This document shows, piece by piece, positions 21,019 to 31,179 of a DNA stretch of 33,893 nucleotides. How positions within the stretch are numbered: the stretch's first letter is position 1; each line of letters begins with the position of its first letter. A program made the translations under genes and the position numbers. Source of the stretch: Guillardia theta CCMP2712 (Eukaryota > Protista > Cryptophyta); the NCBI RefSeq assembly GCF_000315625.1, contig NW_005434427.1, positions 1 through 33,893 on the forward strand. The letters run 5' to 3'. Under the pieces are notes generated by a model, which worked only from the letters and a program-made list of their open reading frames with translations, was not told the DNA's origin and ran no database searches.

Positions 21019-24000
21019 TCACACCGGTGGCAATGCTCCGCTAGAAGCGAGTGCAGCAGCCTAGCACAAAGGTCACAAACTTACGAAAAAAGTCTCCTCG
21101 TCCTCGTCCTCGTCCTCGTCCTTCCTCCCTCCCTCCCTCCCTCCTCCTCATCTTCCTCAACTTCCTCCCCCCACCAACTCCACCTACTCCTCCACTCTCT
21201 CCCTCCTCCCTCCTCCAACCATCCCCGCCGCCTCCACCACCACCACCACCACCACCTCCTCCTCCTCCTCCTCTCGCGCTTGTCATTTACCTTGGCTCTT
21301 CTCAGCTCGTTATACGCAGCCATGACATCCGCATACCATCGCTCTAAGCTTTGATCCGGCTGCATACCATGTCAGCAGACCAGTTGTGACTTGAAACAGA
21401 AGGAGAAGCAAGCAAGGAATAACGGAGTAATGGGGCAGGGGCAGGGGCAGGGGCAGTGGAAGGGGCAGTTAAGGGGAGGAGCAGGAGCAGGAGCAGGAGC
21501 AGTGGAAGGGCAGCAGCAAGGTAGAAGAGGGGTGAGCAGGGAGCAAGAGGAAGGGAAGGCGTATGACCTTGGGGTTCTGATCCCAGAAGCTCTGAATCTC
21601 CCCGAAGCAAGAATTGGCGATGATACAGATCTCATTTCCTACCGTGATGTTCGTCGACTGCCATCGTTTCACGTCAAGTCAATCTCCCCTCACCTTCCCC
21701 ACTCCTCTGCCCCTCGCGTTACCCTCGTCCTCGTAGTCCTCCTCCTCCTTCTCCCAGTCCTCTTCCTTCTCTGCCCTTCTCCTCCTTCTCCTCTTCCTTA
21801 TCCTCTGCTCTCCTCCACCTAGTCCTCTTCCACCTCCTTATCCTCTTCCCTTGTCCTCCTCCTCCTCCTCCTGCCTCTCACATTCAGTTCGCCCAGCTCG
21901 TAGTTGAGGAACATGATGCTGCGCGGAGAAGTTCCGAAGCGGCGGGCAATGCTGTCGAGCGAGTCCCCGACAGCGACGGAGTAGAGATGACCGACGTTGA
22001 GCACTTGATGGCGGAAGAGGATGATGTCAGGGCTGGTCATGGCGTTGAGATTGAAGATCTGAAGTATCAAAACGTGAGTAGGAGAGGGGAGAGGAGGAGG
22101 AGGAGGAGGAGGAGGAGGAGGAGGAGGTAGTGTGGAAGGGAAGAAGGGGAGGAAGGAGGGGAAGGAAGAGAGATAAGAAGGGAGGAAAACGAGGAAGCAG
22201 GACGCAGCAGAGAGGAAGGGTAGAGGAGGAGTAGCGCCGTAAATTGTGACCTGAATCCAGTCCGTGCCAAAGATTGCAGCGATTTCAGCGATCGTTTGCT
22301 CCATGCTCACGGCATACTTACACTTGGCTACCTGCAAGAGGACGTGTAAGTCGATGAGGACAGAGAGGAAGAGAGAGAGGGAGGGAGGGAGGGAGGGAGG
22401 GAGGGAGGGAGGGAGGGAGGGAGGGAGGGAGGGAGGGAGGGAGGAGGAGGGAGGGAGGGAGGGAGGGAGGGAGGGAGGGAGGGAGGGAGGGGANNNNNNN
22501 NNNNNNNNNNNNNNNNNNNNNNNNNNNNNNNNNNNNNNNNNNNNNNNNNNNNNNNNNNNNNNNNNNNNNNNNNNNNNNNNNNNNNNNNNNNNNNNNNNNN
22601 NNNNNNNNNNNNNNNNNNNNNNNNNNNNNNNNNNNNNNNNNNNNNNNNNNNNNNNNNNNNNNNNNNNNNNNNNNNNNNNNNNNNNNNNNNNNNNNNNNNC
22701 CGTGAGGACGTTGACGATAAGAATCAAGAGGAGGAGAAGATCAAGCGATGAGATGTGAGGTGGTGGGAAGAGGGAAGAAGTTGGAGAGGGAGACAAGGGA
22801 GGAGGAGGAGGTGAACGATAAGAATTCAACCATGAGGGAAGAGGGGTATGAGATGGAGGGATGGGAGGGATGGGGAAGAGGGGAGGGTAGAAGGAAGAGC
22901 TACCGTAGCATAGAAGCAGTGTCTTCCCTTGTAACCGCCGTAGGTGATCGGGATGTTCCAGTGGAAAGTGACATGCTGGGTGGGGCACGCACGGGTCGAG
23001 CCGTCAGCGACGCCGATGGAGGAGAAGGCGAGCATGGGAACTAGTGCCGTGCTGAAGCCTTGCGGGTCCAGGAAGGCTCCTGGCGGCATAGAGCCCTGCT
23101 CGTCATGTCAGGAGGAGGGTGAGACAGGAGAGGGGAGGGAGGAAAGGGAAGGGAGGAAACCGGAGGGAGGGAGGAAGAGGACAGCAGAAGGAAGAGGGAG
23201 AGCAAGAGGAGGACCATCGTAATGTTGGAGGAGTCGAAGCAGTTGGTGTCGTTGGCGTACAACGTGAAGCTCAGCACTCGCCCGACATACGCAAAGGTCG
23301 TGTTGGAGTACGGGTCCAGATCCTGACTGTAGGAGCTCCAGAGGACCGGTCTTGTGTCCTTGAAGACCTCGATCTCCACACAGCGGGTGGGCTGGCGAGA
23401 GGAGAGCAACCGGGCTGAGAGGCAGAAGAGCAGAAGACATCATTCCGCTTTGCAATGGCGTTCACACAGATCACTGTAACCCCGTCCTGACCCCAGGAGG
23501 GAGTCCAGCTGAGCTCGATGGAGGCGTCGGGGGTCGGGCAGGCCTGCTGGGACCAGCATGTAGAGCACTGAGAGCCTCCGTGGCAGTCGGAGCCGGCCGG
23601 GTTGCAGACCTTGCCAGTGTCGGGGGGCAGGCAGGTACAGGAGGAGGAGGACTGGTTACAAGCAGTGCCCGTGCTCTCCCTGCAGTATCCGCTGCCCGCC
23701 GAGCACACGTACGTCGACACGCTCCTCCCACCGTTGATGACCGAGAGCTGGGCGCCGGGTGGGAGACGGGAGAAGGAGAAGCCGATCCCCATGCCCTGCA
23801 TACTCGTGGAGGAGGAAAAGACCATCTTGGGGATGGAGAAGCCGACGTAGCCGAGGTTGCGGTAGGAAGAGAAGGCAGGGTAGAAGATGTCCTGTGCTCC
23901 CGTCGTGATGTTGGGGATCGCCTCGTTAGCTTGCAGCTCAACCAGTCGGATCGCAAACTCCAGCGTCGCCGTCGAGTTCCCCTCCCGCACCTCCACCACG

Positions 24001-24866
24001 ACGTCATACAGCCCGGCCGACATGTTGCCGCTGCATATCTTGGTCACGTCGCACCTCGACAGGGAGGAAGGGTTGTCCGAGTCGTACACAGGCCCAGCAA
24101 GGATCGTCATCTTGCCCGTGCTGGAGTCGAGCTGGAAGGAAGCAAGGTTCCTCGGAGCCTCAGTGTTCAAAGTGGCTGCTCCTATGGCAGACGGGAGCCG
24201 CCAAGTCAGCTGCCCCCTCCGTCCTCCTGGGATCTCCCCGACCTTCCCAGCTGGGATGAAGACGTGTGGGTCCGCGTCCGACGGCCGGGCCTTCTTGACA
24301 ACCGTGTGGACGGGTATGGAGGAGAGCTGGGGTGAACCTCCGTCATCTCTTACGTTGATCGAGTTGGTCAGGATCCACGAAGTGTGCGCGTTGTTGACCA
24401 AGTCAGAGTGCCGGCAGCAGCCCTTGAAGGTGGTGGTGTAGGAGAAGGCGGTGGTTGAGAGGAGGAGCGGGTAAGTGTGCTGGAAGGTGGCCACGCTGTA
24501 GATCCAGTCCTCCTGTATGCTGTATCCTTCCACCACGAACGTCATCGGCATCAGGATCGTCCCGTCCCCGAAGTCGAACATGATAGTCTCGTAGCCACTT
24601 GGCTTGAAGCGATCGCCGGACACCAGCAGGCCGTCAGTTCCTGATCCCTTGAAGTTTGCGGAGCTGTAATCCCTGCGGAAGACCGCCTCAATGGTGAACT
24701 CCACGACAGGCGGCTGCTGCTGCATCTTCTTCCAGCTGACACTGCCGTAGCGGAAGTGACCGCCGTTGGCGTTGACGCTGATAGAGGAGAGGGTGCTGGT
24801 GATGCAACATGAGAGCAGAAGGCAGGAGAGGATGGCAGCGAAGCAACTTGGACCAAGGTTGATCAT
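21019..24866 (-). CDS. Secreted protein: Sib/integrin-beta-like N-terminal region + Ig-like modules + two C-terminal LysM domains (multi-exon, one part lost in gap)
   Basis: Signal peptide MINLGPSCFAAILSCLLLSCCITSTLSS; GHFRYGSVSW...FDFGDG...FKGCCRHSDLVNNA...SPQLSSIPV. Two LPPGA...W(T/N)xP...C(V/F)xA modules. LysM motifs KYAVSMEQTIAEIAAIFGTDWIQIFNLN and LYSVAVGDSLDSIARRFGTSPRSIMFLN...ITVGNEICI. Stop TGA at 21021-21019. Confidence 0.85.
22362..22699. repeat. (GGGA)n microsatellite running into a 206-N assembly gap (22494-22699)
   Basis: Direct reading. Confidence 0.95.
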
Positions 24867-25429
24867 GCTCCGATAGTCCTTTGGCTGTTGAGCTGAATGA
24901 CTAGAAAATCTCCTCCTGGTCTCCTGTTGTTGCACCTGAGCGTCAAAATGTGCGTACAACTGTCAGTTAGCTGCCCTGGGGCCTCTAACTACCTGTCGAG
25001 TAAACATTCAGCAACTTCCAATTGTGACAAAGTTCTGCACTAGGACTCTGCACCAACAGGCAGACTTTGCCGCATCAAGGTTCAATGTGCTTGTTTTGAT
25101 TTCATTTCCTACACAGCATCGCGAGTGCGATATGGCATATTGATTCTCCTGCATTCCACTCCACTGTTTTACTCCCTTTTCATCTTTTGTCACTTTTTCT
25201 ACCCTTGTCGGGTGATACGTAGTCTAATCTTTTGCAGCCACCCTGTCCTTCCTTTCTTCCACTTCTCTCTCTCCTCTCTTCAAGTCCATCGTCTCTCCTA
25301 CCTCTCTCTTCCTCTCTTCCTCCTCCCTCATCGCTCCATCATCAGGCTCTGGTCTGCATCGCCATATCCAACTGCAGCTTGACAACCGTTACAACTCTTG
25401 AATTGTTGTAACTTGCCCATTCCGAAGTT

Positions 25430-25830
25430 CAGTGACCCCACGGTCCGGCGCGGCCGGGGCCCGGCGCCGGCGGCCGCACCGGCACCCGCCCCCCCGGGTC
25501 CGGGCTGGCCGCCCGGCCAGCCCCCCCCTCCCCCCACCCCCGGGGCCACTGCACTGACCGTACTTTCACGTGTCGCGAAGTCAGTCTCTGACCTTTGAAC
25601 CGTTTATTTATTTATTTATTTATTTTTTTTTATGAGTCATTCATGATACACTACAACTACACCGTCCTGAACGTCCGGGAAAAGGCTGCCGGCCGCTGAG
25701 TCAGGCCGGGCGCCCGGTGCCCCCCCCAGCCGGGCCGGGCCCGGCCGGGCCCGGGGGTCACTGCCACGGTCCGACTCTGAGTCAAGGCACAGTGACCGAG
25801 GTGGGCATGGCGGACAGGTCACTGGGGCCC
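25430..25830. promoter_or_regulatory. GC-rich palindrome island with three TGAGTCA motifs and an embedded (TTTA)5T9 tract, upstream of the LysM gene
   Basis: TGAGTCA at 25633, 25697 and 25778; CACGTG at 25567; repeated GCCGGGCCCGGC. Confidence 0.45.
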
Positions 25831-25915
25831 TGAGGCGAATCAGTGGACTTCAACGAGGGTCTGCCAGGCTTCCGACCAGCTCCGCTGCGCTTCACCTGTC
25901 GGAACGTCAGGTCAC

Positions 25916-28439
25916 TCAGCTGCTGAAGAGGCAGCTGGACTGATCAGACTGACGTGGTCGAGGTGTTTGTGCCCAACGCAGTAGACGGGCTTCCTGCCTT
26001 GCGGGCCGTAGTTGGCATACTTGAAGCATCCCTGGTGCTGGCAGCGAGGGTTCCGGACGTCCTGGCAGCCCGGGGGCTTGTGTTTCCTGCAGAAGGCAGG
26101 AGCAGAGGAGTTGACTGCGTAGAGGCGGCGCCTGCTGCACCCATCGTGCTGACATGGCAGTCAGCGGCAGAAGCCTAGAAGGTCCCCGCCTGGCGCTCAC
26201 CACGCATAGAGCGAGGGGGAGGCTGGGCGTGTTCTTGATCTCCTTCCAGGTGGGAGTGAGCTGAGGGTGGATTTGATTGCTGGGAGGGAGGAGGANNNNN
26301 NNNNNNNNNNNNNNNNNNNNNNNNNNNNNNNNNNNNNNNNNNNNNNNNNNNNNNNNNNNNNNNNNNNNNNNNNNNNNNNNNNNNNNNNNNNNNNNGGAGC
26401 AGGAGCAGGTTTAGTAGAAGGAGATGGAGCATCCAGGCCCAAATGGGATAGTTCTACATTTCTACATGTTTACTTCACATGAGTTGAACATATTCTACAC
26501 CTTCAAACTTCCTCTCTCCTCCTCCTCCCTCCTCGCTCCTCGCTCCTCGCTCCTCGCTTCTCCTGCCTCCTGCCTCCCTCCCTCCCTCCTGCCTCCTCCC
26601 CCCTGCCCCCTCCTCCTCTCTCCTCCCCTCCTCCCTCCTTCTCAGTGCCTCCTGCCTTCTGCTCTTCATGCCTCCTCCCTCCTTCCTCCCCGCTCTCTTT
26701 CTCTTGCCGACTTGCTTCCCCCACCCTCCAGTTTTCTGCTCCGTCCTCCCTACCCTGTTGGTTGGATCGCCAAAGCAGGGGAAACGGTCGCAGCCTTCAG
26801 CATGAGAGCATCTTTGAGAGACGGCGTGAGGACGAGGAGAAGTCTTGCAGTCAAGCACACTGAACCTTCTCCTCCGAATCTGCGACTGGAAGTTCGAAGT
26901 GGGCAAGTGCACCTGGGAAGGGTGAGGAGGGAGGATGAAAGGAAGGAGGGGGGAGGAGGGAGGAGGGAGGAGGGAGGGGGATAGGCCAGATTAGCCCCAT
27001 CGGAGCAGCAGTTCAAAGATTTTCACCTTGCAGTATTGATGGGTAGAGTTACGGTAGTAGGAAGACTTGTTACAGCCAAAGTGGCAGCACCTGCCAAGGG
27101 GTGAGTGGCCGTGGGGGAGGAGGAGGAGGAGGCGCCAGAGACTTGCTGTGAATCACGTCGACGAGATTTGGTTCCTTGTGGATCCCACATGCTGGACAGG
27201 AAGCAAGGAAAGCCAAGAACAGGAGAGGAGAAGAAGGAAGGAAAGTCAAGAACAGGATTAGAACATCCTTCTTATTGCGCAGGCACCTATCGGTCTTCTG
27301 TCTATGGGATCACCGAACACGGCCCACTTGGTACATTTCCAACATCGCCTGCCAAGTCTCAGGCTTCAGCGCGAGGAGGGAGGGAGGGGGGGGGGAGCAG
27401 CAGTTCACCGAAACAGAGTCATGAAATTCAACGCTGTCTGGTCGTCATCCTCGTTGAGAAACTTCCTTCTTGTCCGGTTCTCGCTGAAGGCAGAAGTGAT
27501 GGCAACGGCACAACCGCTGCAGAGGCGGATGATCCAGGTTTGATTCTGCAGCCATACCATGTCATCATACCAGAATCATCGTCGTACCACTGCTGGCAGA
27601 GCAGTTCAGCACACTCTACCTTGGCAGCTATCCCCTCGGTCGCCTTGTGCAACAAGCAGGCAGAGCAGGGGGTGCAAGAGGGCTGGCTGGGATCGCAAAG
27701 AGAGCATGTGAGATTGGGTAGCAGTAAGTGACTTCGACTGACTTCGACTTGGAACGATCGCCATCTACTGTCTTTAGGTTCACAGATAGCTTCTTTTCCA
27801 AGCGCTCCCTCCGCTGCAATCTCAGTCACCGCTGTGCTCAAAAGTGTCCGATGCTTGCCTGCACGATCCATGAGAAGATCTGCCTTGCAAGCCTGTCGTC
27901 TTTGGACTCCAGCCTGTTCAGAAGAGGAGGGGGAGAGGAGGGGAAGAAGAGAAGTGGAGAGGAGAAGTGGAGACGAGGAGAAAAGGGAAGAGGACAAGAG
28001 TGGACAGGAGAAGAGAAGAGGATTGGAGGAGAGGCCAAGGATCAGGTGACAGGTTTCAGTGCAGAAGGAGGCATTCTCCTACCTAGTCATGTAAGAGTGG
28101 CTCTGCCCAAGACTCGCCCGAGGCTGCCGTAGAAGGTCATCGCATCGCAAACATGGCACAGCTTCAAATAGATAGGACCTGCCCCTCCTCTCCCTGGACA
28201 TGAAGATAATCGTGCTCTGCGGATAGCTGTTACCATGGCACCACAGATGTACAAGCTCGAAGAAGAAGAGGAAAACCCCGAAGCTCTCGCATGATCAGCA
28301 TAGCCGAGCTCAACGGGAACAGGATCGAAGGATGACAACATGGTGGTGGAGTCACGATGACACGGGGATAGGAGCAAGGTTGGAGAGACTTACCACCCAA
28401 TACAAGAAGGAGGATGAGCAGAAAGATGCACTTCATCCA
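25916..28439 (-). CDS. Hypothetical secreted Cys-rich protein (multi-exon, structure poorly resolved)
   Basis: Candidate signal peptide MKCIFLLILLLVLG followed by a GTAAGT donor. A long Cys-rich exon at ~27430-27915 (LTCSLCDPSQPSCTPCSACLL...VECAELLCQQWY) and purine/pyrimidine-rich intron-like spacers. Confidence 0.35.
26296..26395. other. Assembly gap (100 N)
   Basis: N run. Confidence 0.99.
26396..26508. repeat. 113-bp dispersed repeat, copy 2
   Basis: 107/113 identical to 20845-20957, same orientation. Confidence 0.9.
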
Positions 28440-28635
28440 TGGGAATGGCCAGTAGAGAGGATAGAGTCTTCGATTTGGCAAGGATGGTGCAAGGGAAAAA
28501 GCGTTTCAGGTAGGAGAACGAGTGGACAGCAATGTTTTTTGGGGCAAGGAGGAGGAGGGAGATATGAAATATGGATGAAAAGGAATGAGAAGGTAGATGA
28601 TGTATGAGGAGGACGGGGATGTTGTTTGCTATGCA

Positions 28636-28825
28636 GATGATGATGATGATGATGAGGAGGAGGAGGAGGATTAGGAGGGGGAGGAGGAATAGCAGAAGGC
28701 GGAGGAAGACAAAGAAGACGAAGGCGATGATAATGATGAAGACAATGAGGAGAAAGACGATGAGGAGGAAGACGATGAGGAGGAAGACGATGAGGAGGAG
28801 GAGGAGGAAGAAGACGAGCAGGAGG
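28636..28825. repeat. (GAT)n/(GAG)n microsatellites and 15-bp tandem GATGAGGAGGAAGAC (~4 copies)
   Basis: Direct reading. Confidence 0.85.
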
Positions 28826-28959
28826 CAGGTATTTCAACAAAGAGCACAGGCCTTGTCTTGCGGCAATGGGTGCATTGTGCAAGCAGGAAATCCGTTCACA
28901 TACTTCACTAAAAAACTAAAAAAGAAAATGTTTTACACATATATTTTTTCGGCTCATCC

Positions 28960-29290
28960 GATCATGCGCGGCGGCTGGTCGACGGTCACTGACTCAGTGA
29001 GTCCGAGGTGGCACCAGGCGTTACCAGCGTGACGGGCCGGGCCCGCGGGGCCGCGGCACTTGGTACGGGTCACCGTCGGGTCACCGTCGGAGCACCGGCG
29101 GGCCGGGCCGGGCCCCGGGTCCGGCCGTCGGCCAGGCCGAACCGTCGCTGCGCCGTCACTGCGGAGGCGTACCCTGACTCATCATCCCGAGTCCGTGACT
29201 AGCCGGCCCGGCCGCCGTAGCTGGCCCGTACCGGCTGTACGGTACCCGGTGACCATCCGCCCCCGGGCTCCGTGCCACTTGAGTCAGTTG
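28960..29290. promoter_or_regulatory. GC-rich palindrome island with TGA[C/G]TCA motifs in a divergent intergenic region
   Basis: TGACTCA at 28990 (within palindrome CACTGA-C-TCAGTG, 28987-28999) and 29175; TGAGTCA at 29280; dense CCGG/GGCC. Confidence 0.45.
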
Positions 29291-29399
29291 CTAATCTTAA
29301 ATACTCAAAGTTAAGTTAAAAATCAGTACCAGTTACTTGTGACTTGCCGGAACCCCCGGTGAATACTGATCGGGTCAGTAAGGTGAGTAAAACGGAGCC

Positions 29400-30490
29400 A
29401 GCCTATAACGAGGGGTAGTCACCCACCCCACCTAAAGTACTTATAATCCAGATAAACTTGGGGGTAGTGTGAGCTGGACTTTTGTACTTGTACCCCTGGC
29501 GAATCACTGCTATCAACTGGTAGGTTATTATGTACCATGCACCTACCCCCTACACGAGAAACTGACCACCCACCCTGCCTCACCTCTACCCCTATACCAC
29601 GGTGCTAATGTAACCAGCGATAACCAGGTCTTGATCATGACCCCTATTTTAGTCTGAGCACCACCCCCTACTCTCTATCTATTGGACCACCCTTTTTTTA
29701 ATCATCAGGTTTTGCTACCCTACCCCCTAGTAATGCTTCATCCACAACTAGAAAAATCATGTTTGTAGTACCCTACCTTCAACAAGACTGATTTCAAGGA
29801 GGAGGGGTGGGTCCTTGAGTACCCTTTGGGCTAAAACCCGTGTACATTTTGATGGGTGTTGACTAGAAGTACCCCCCAGCGTACCACCCCCTGTTCTACC
29901 ACCCTCATCCATGACTGCGCCTACCCACCCACCCTACGCATTTCTACTACCCCACCTCAAAACTGTGATATCTTCAGGTTGGAGTACCTCAAAACAATTC
30001 CTGAGTACCCCTACCCCACCAACGTGATGATACCGTCACCGTAAAGGCAAAACACCCGTCCATATCACACCCTACCTACTCATACCCATTCCAGTCATCT
30101 GATATACCCGGTACTTCTACACAATATCACCTACCTCTGACTCACTTGCACTTCACCCCACCCCCTCAAATTCACTTACCACCCCCCAAATTTCTCACGA
30201 AACCTCTCGTTAGGACCCCTACCCCCTTTTCTAATGCCTTTTGCCCCTGAGATCTCAATTTCCAGGATCGTCGACCCACCCTTCTGGCCATTCTCTACCC
30301 TACCACCTGACATTATTTACCTACCCCATCCTCGCCAATTATCTTCCTGTGTAAAGGGGGTACTTGTACCCCCTGAAAGTCCCACCCCCCACCCTCACTA
30401 CCCCAGCATTCAAGGAGCTCCATCGCACTTCACATCCTGTAATGTACCATATGAATGTACACCCGAGCCATAGGGACATAGGGTAGGGTG
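29400..30490. repeat. TACCC-rich degenerate repeat block
   Basis: About 19 TACCC copies on the + strand counted by eye. Shares exact modules with 5020-6630. Confidence 0.6.
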
Positions 30491-31179
30491 ATGCTTTACA
30501 GAGTTGGCGTTATTTTTACGAAAGAGGTATGAAAGAATCCGCCATGTATATCTGGAATGAAATGTCCCTTGTTCTGATTCTCCGCAGGGGGTGTAATTTT
30601 GTGATTATTTGAAATTATTGTGATATTTTTCTTTGCATTGACGAAAAATTAAGGCCAATTCAACTTTTCTGTGATTAAATTTCATTGATCTTCATTTTTA
30701 CCCACAAAAAGTATGTACCCCCATCGGTTCCGTGGCACCTAGCGCTAGTGAAAGCAAGGTGATGCTGAATGTTGGTCGGGGGCGGCGACTGACTTGACGG
30801 GGAGCAGGAGAGGAGGAGGAAGGTAACAGGGGAAGAAGGAAATACTTGACAGTTGCTGTCCGAAACAAGCGTTTGAGGGAGGTTCCGGTTGGATGTCTTG
30901 ACCTGCCTGTCGACGTCAAGAAGGTCTCTCCGCTTGCTTCACATCTGTTTGCTTGTTGGCTCCTCTTGCTGTCTTTTGGGTCTGTTGAACGCCCATGTCT
31001 CACGATTTTTATCCTTGTTTCTCTGTTGATCAATGCTATGCTGCCTTGTGATGTGAGAGATGGCAGAGTGGGTGTAATGGTGCATGTTCTTCCGTCAGTG
31101 TGATTTTTACCAACTTCATACATACACGCCATGCCTGATGTCCTGCGTTGCACCAGGGCTAGATGCAGCGGATGGAATA

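Noticed and set aside
21819-22988. 389-aa ORF spanning Ns
   Set aside because: Artefact of reading through the gap and introns; only parts are LysM exons.
23392-23438. Apparent frameshift at the end of the 562-aa ORF of the LysM gene
   Set aside because: A 47-nt GT..CAG pyrimidine-rich intron restores the frame (KRND|PTRCVEIEV). A 1-nt deletion is possible but not needed.
28433-29032. Arg/Met-rich and Pro/His-rich ORFs
   Set aside because: Derived from (GAT)n/(GAG)n and 15-bp tandem repeats.
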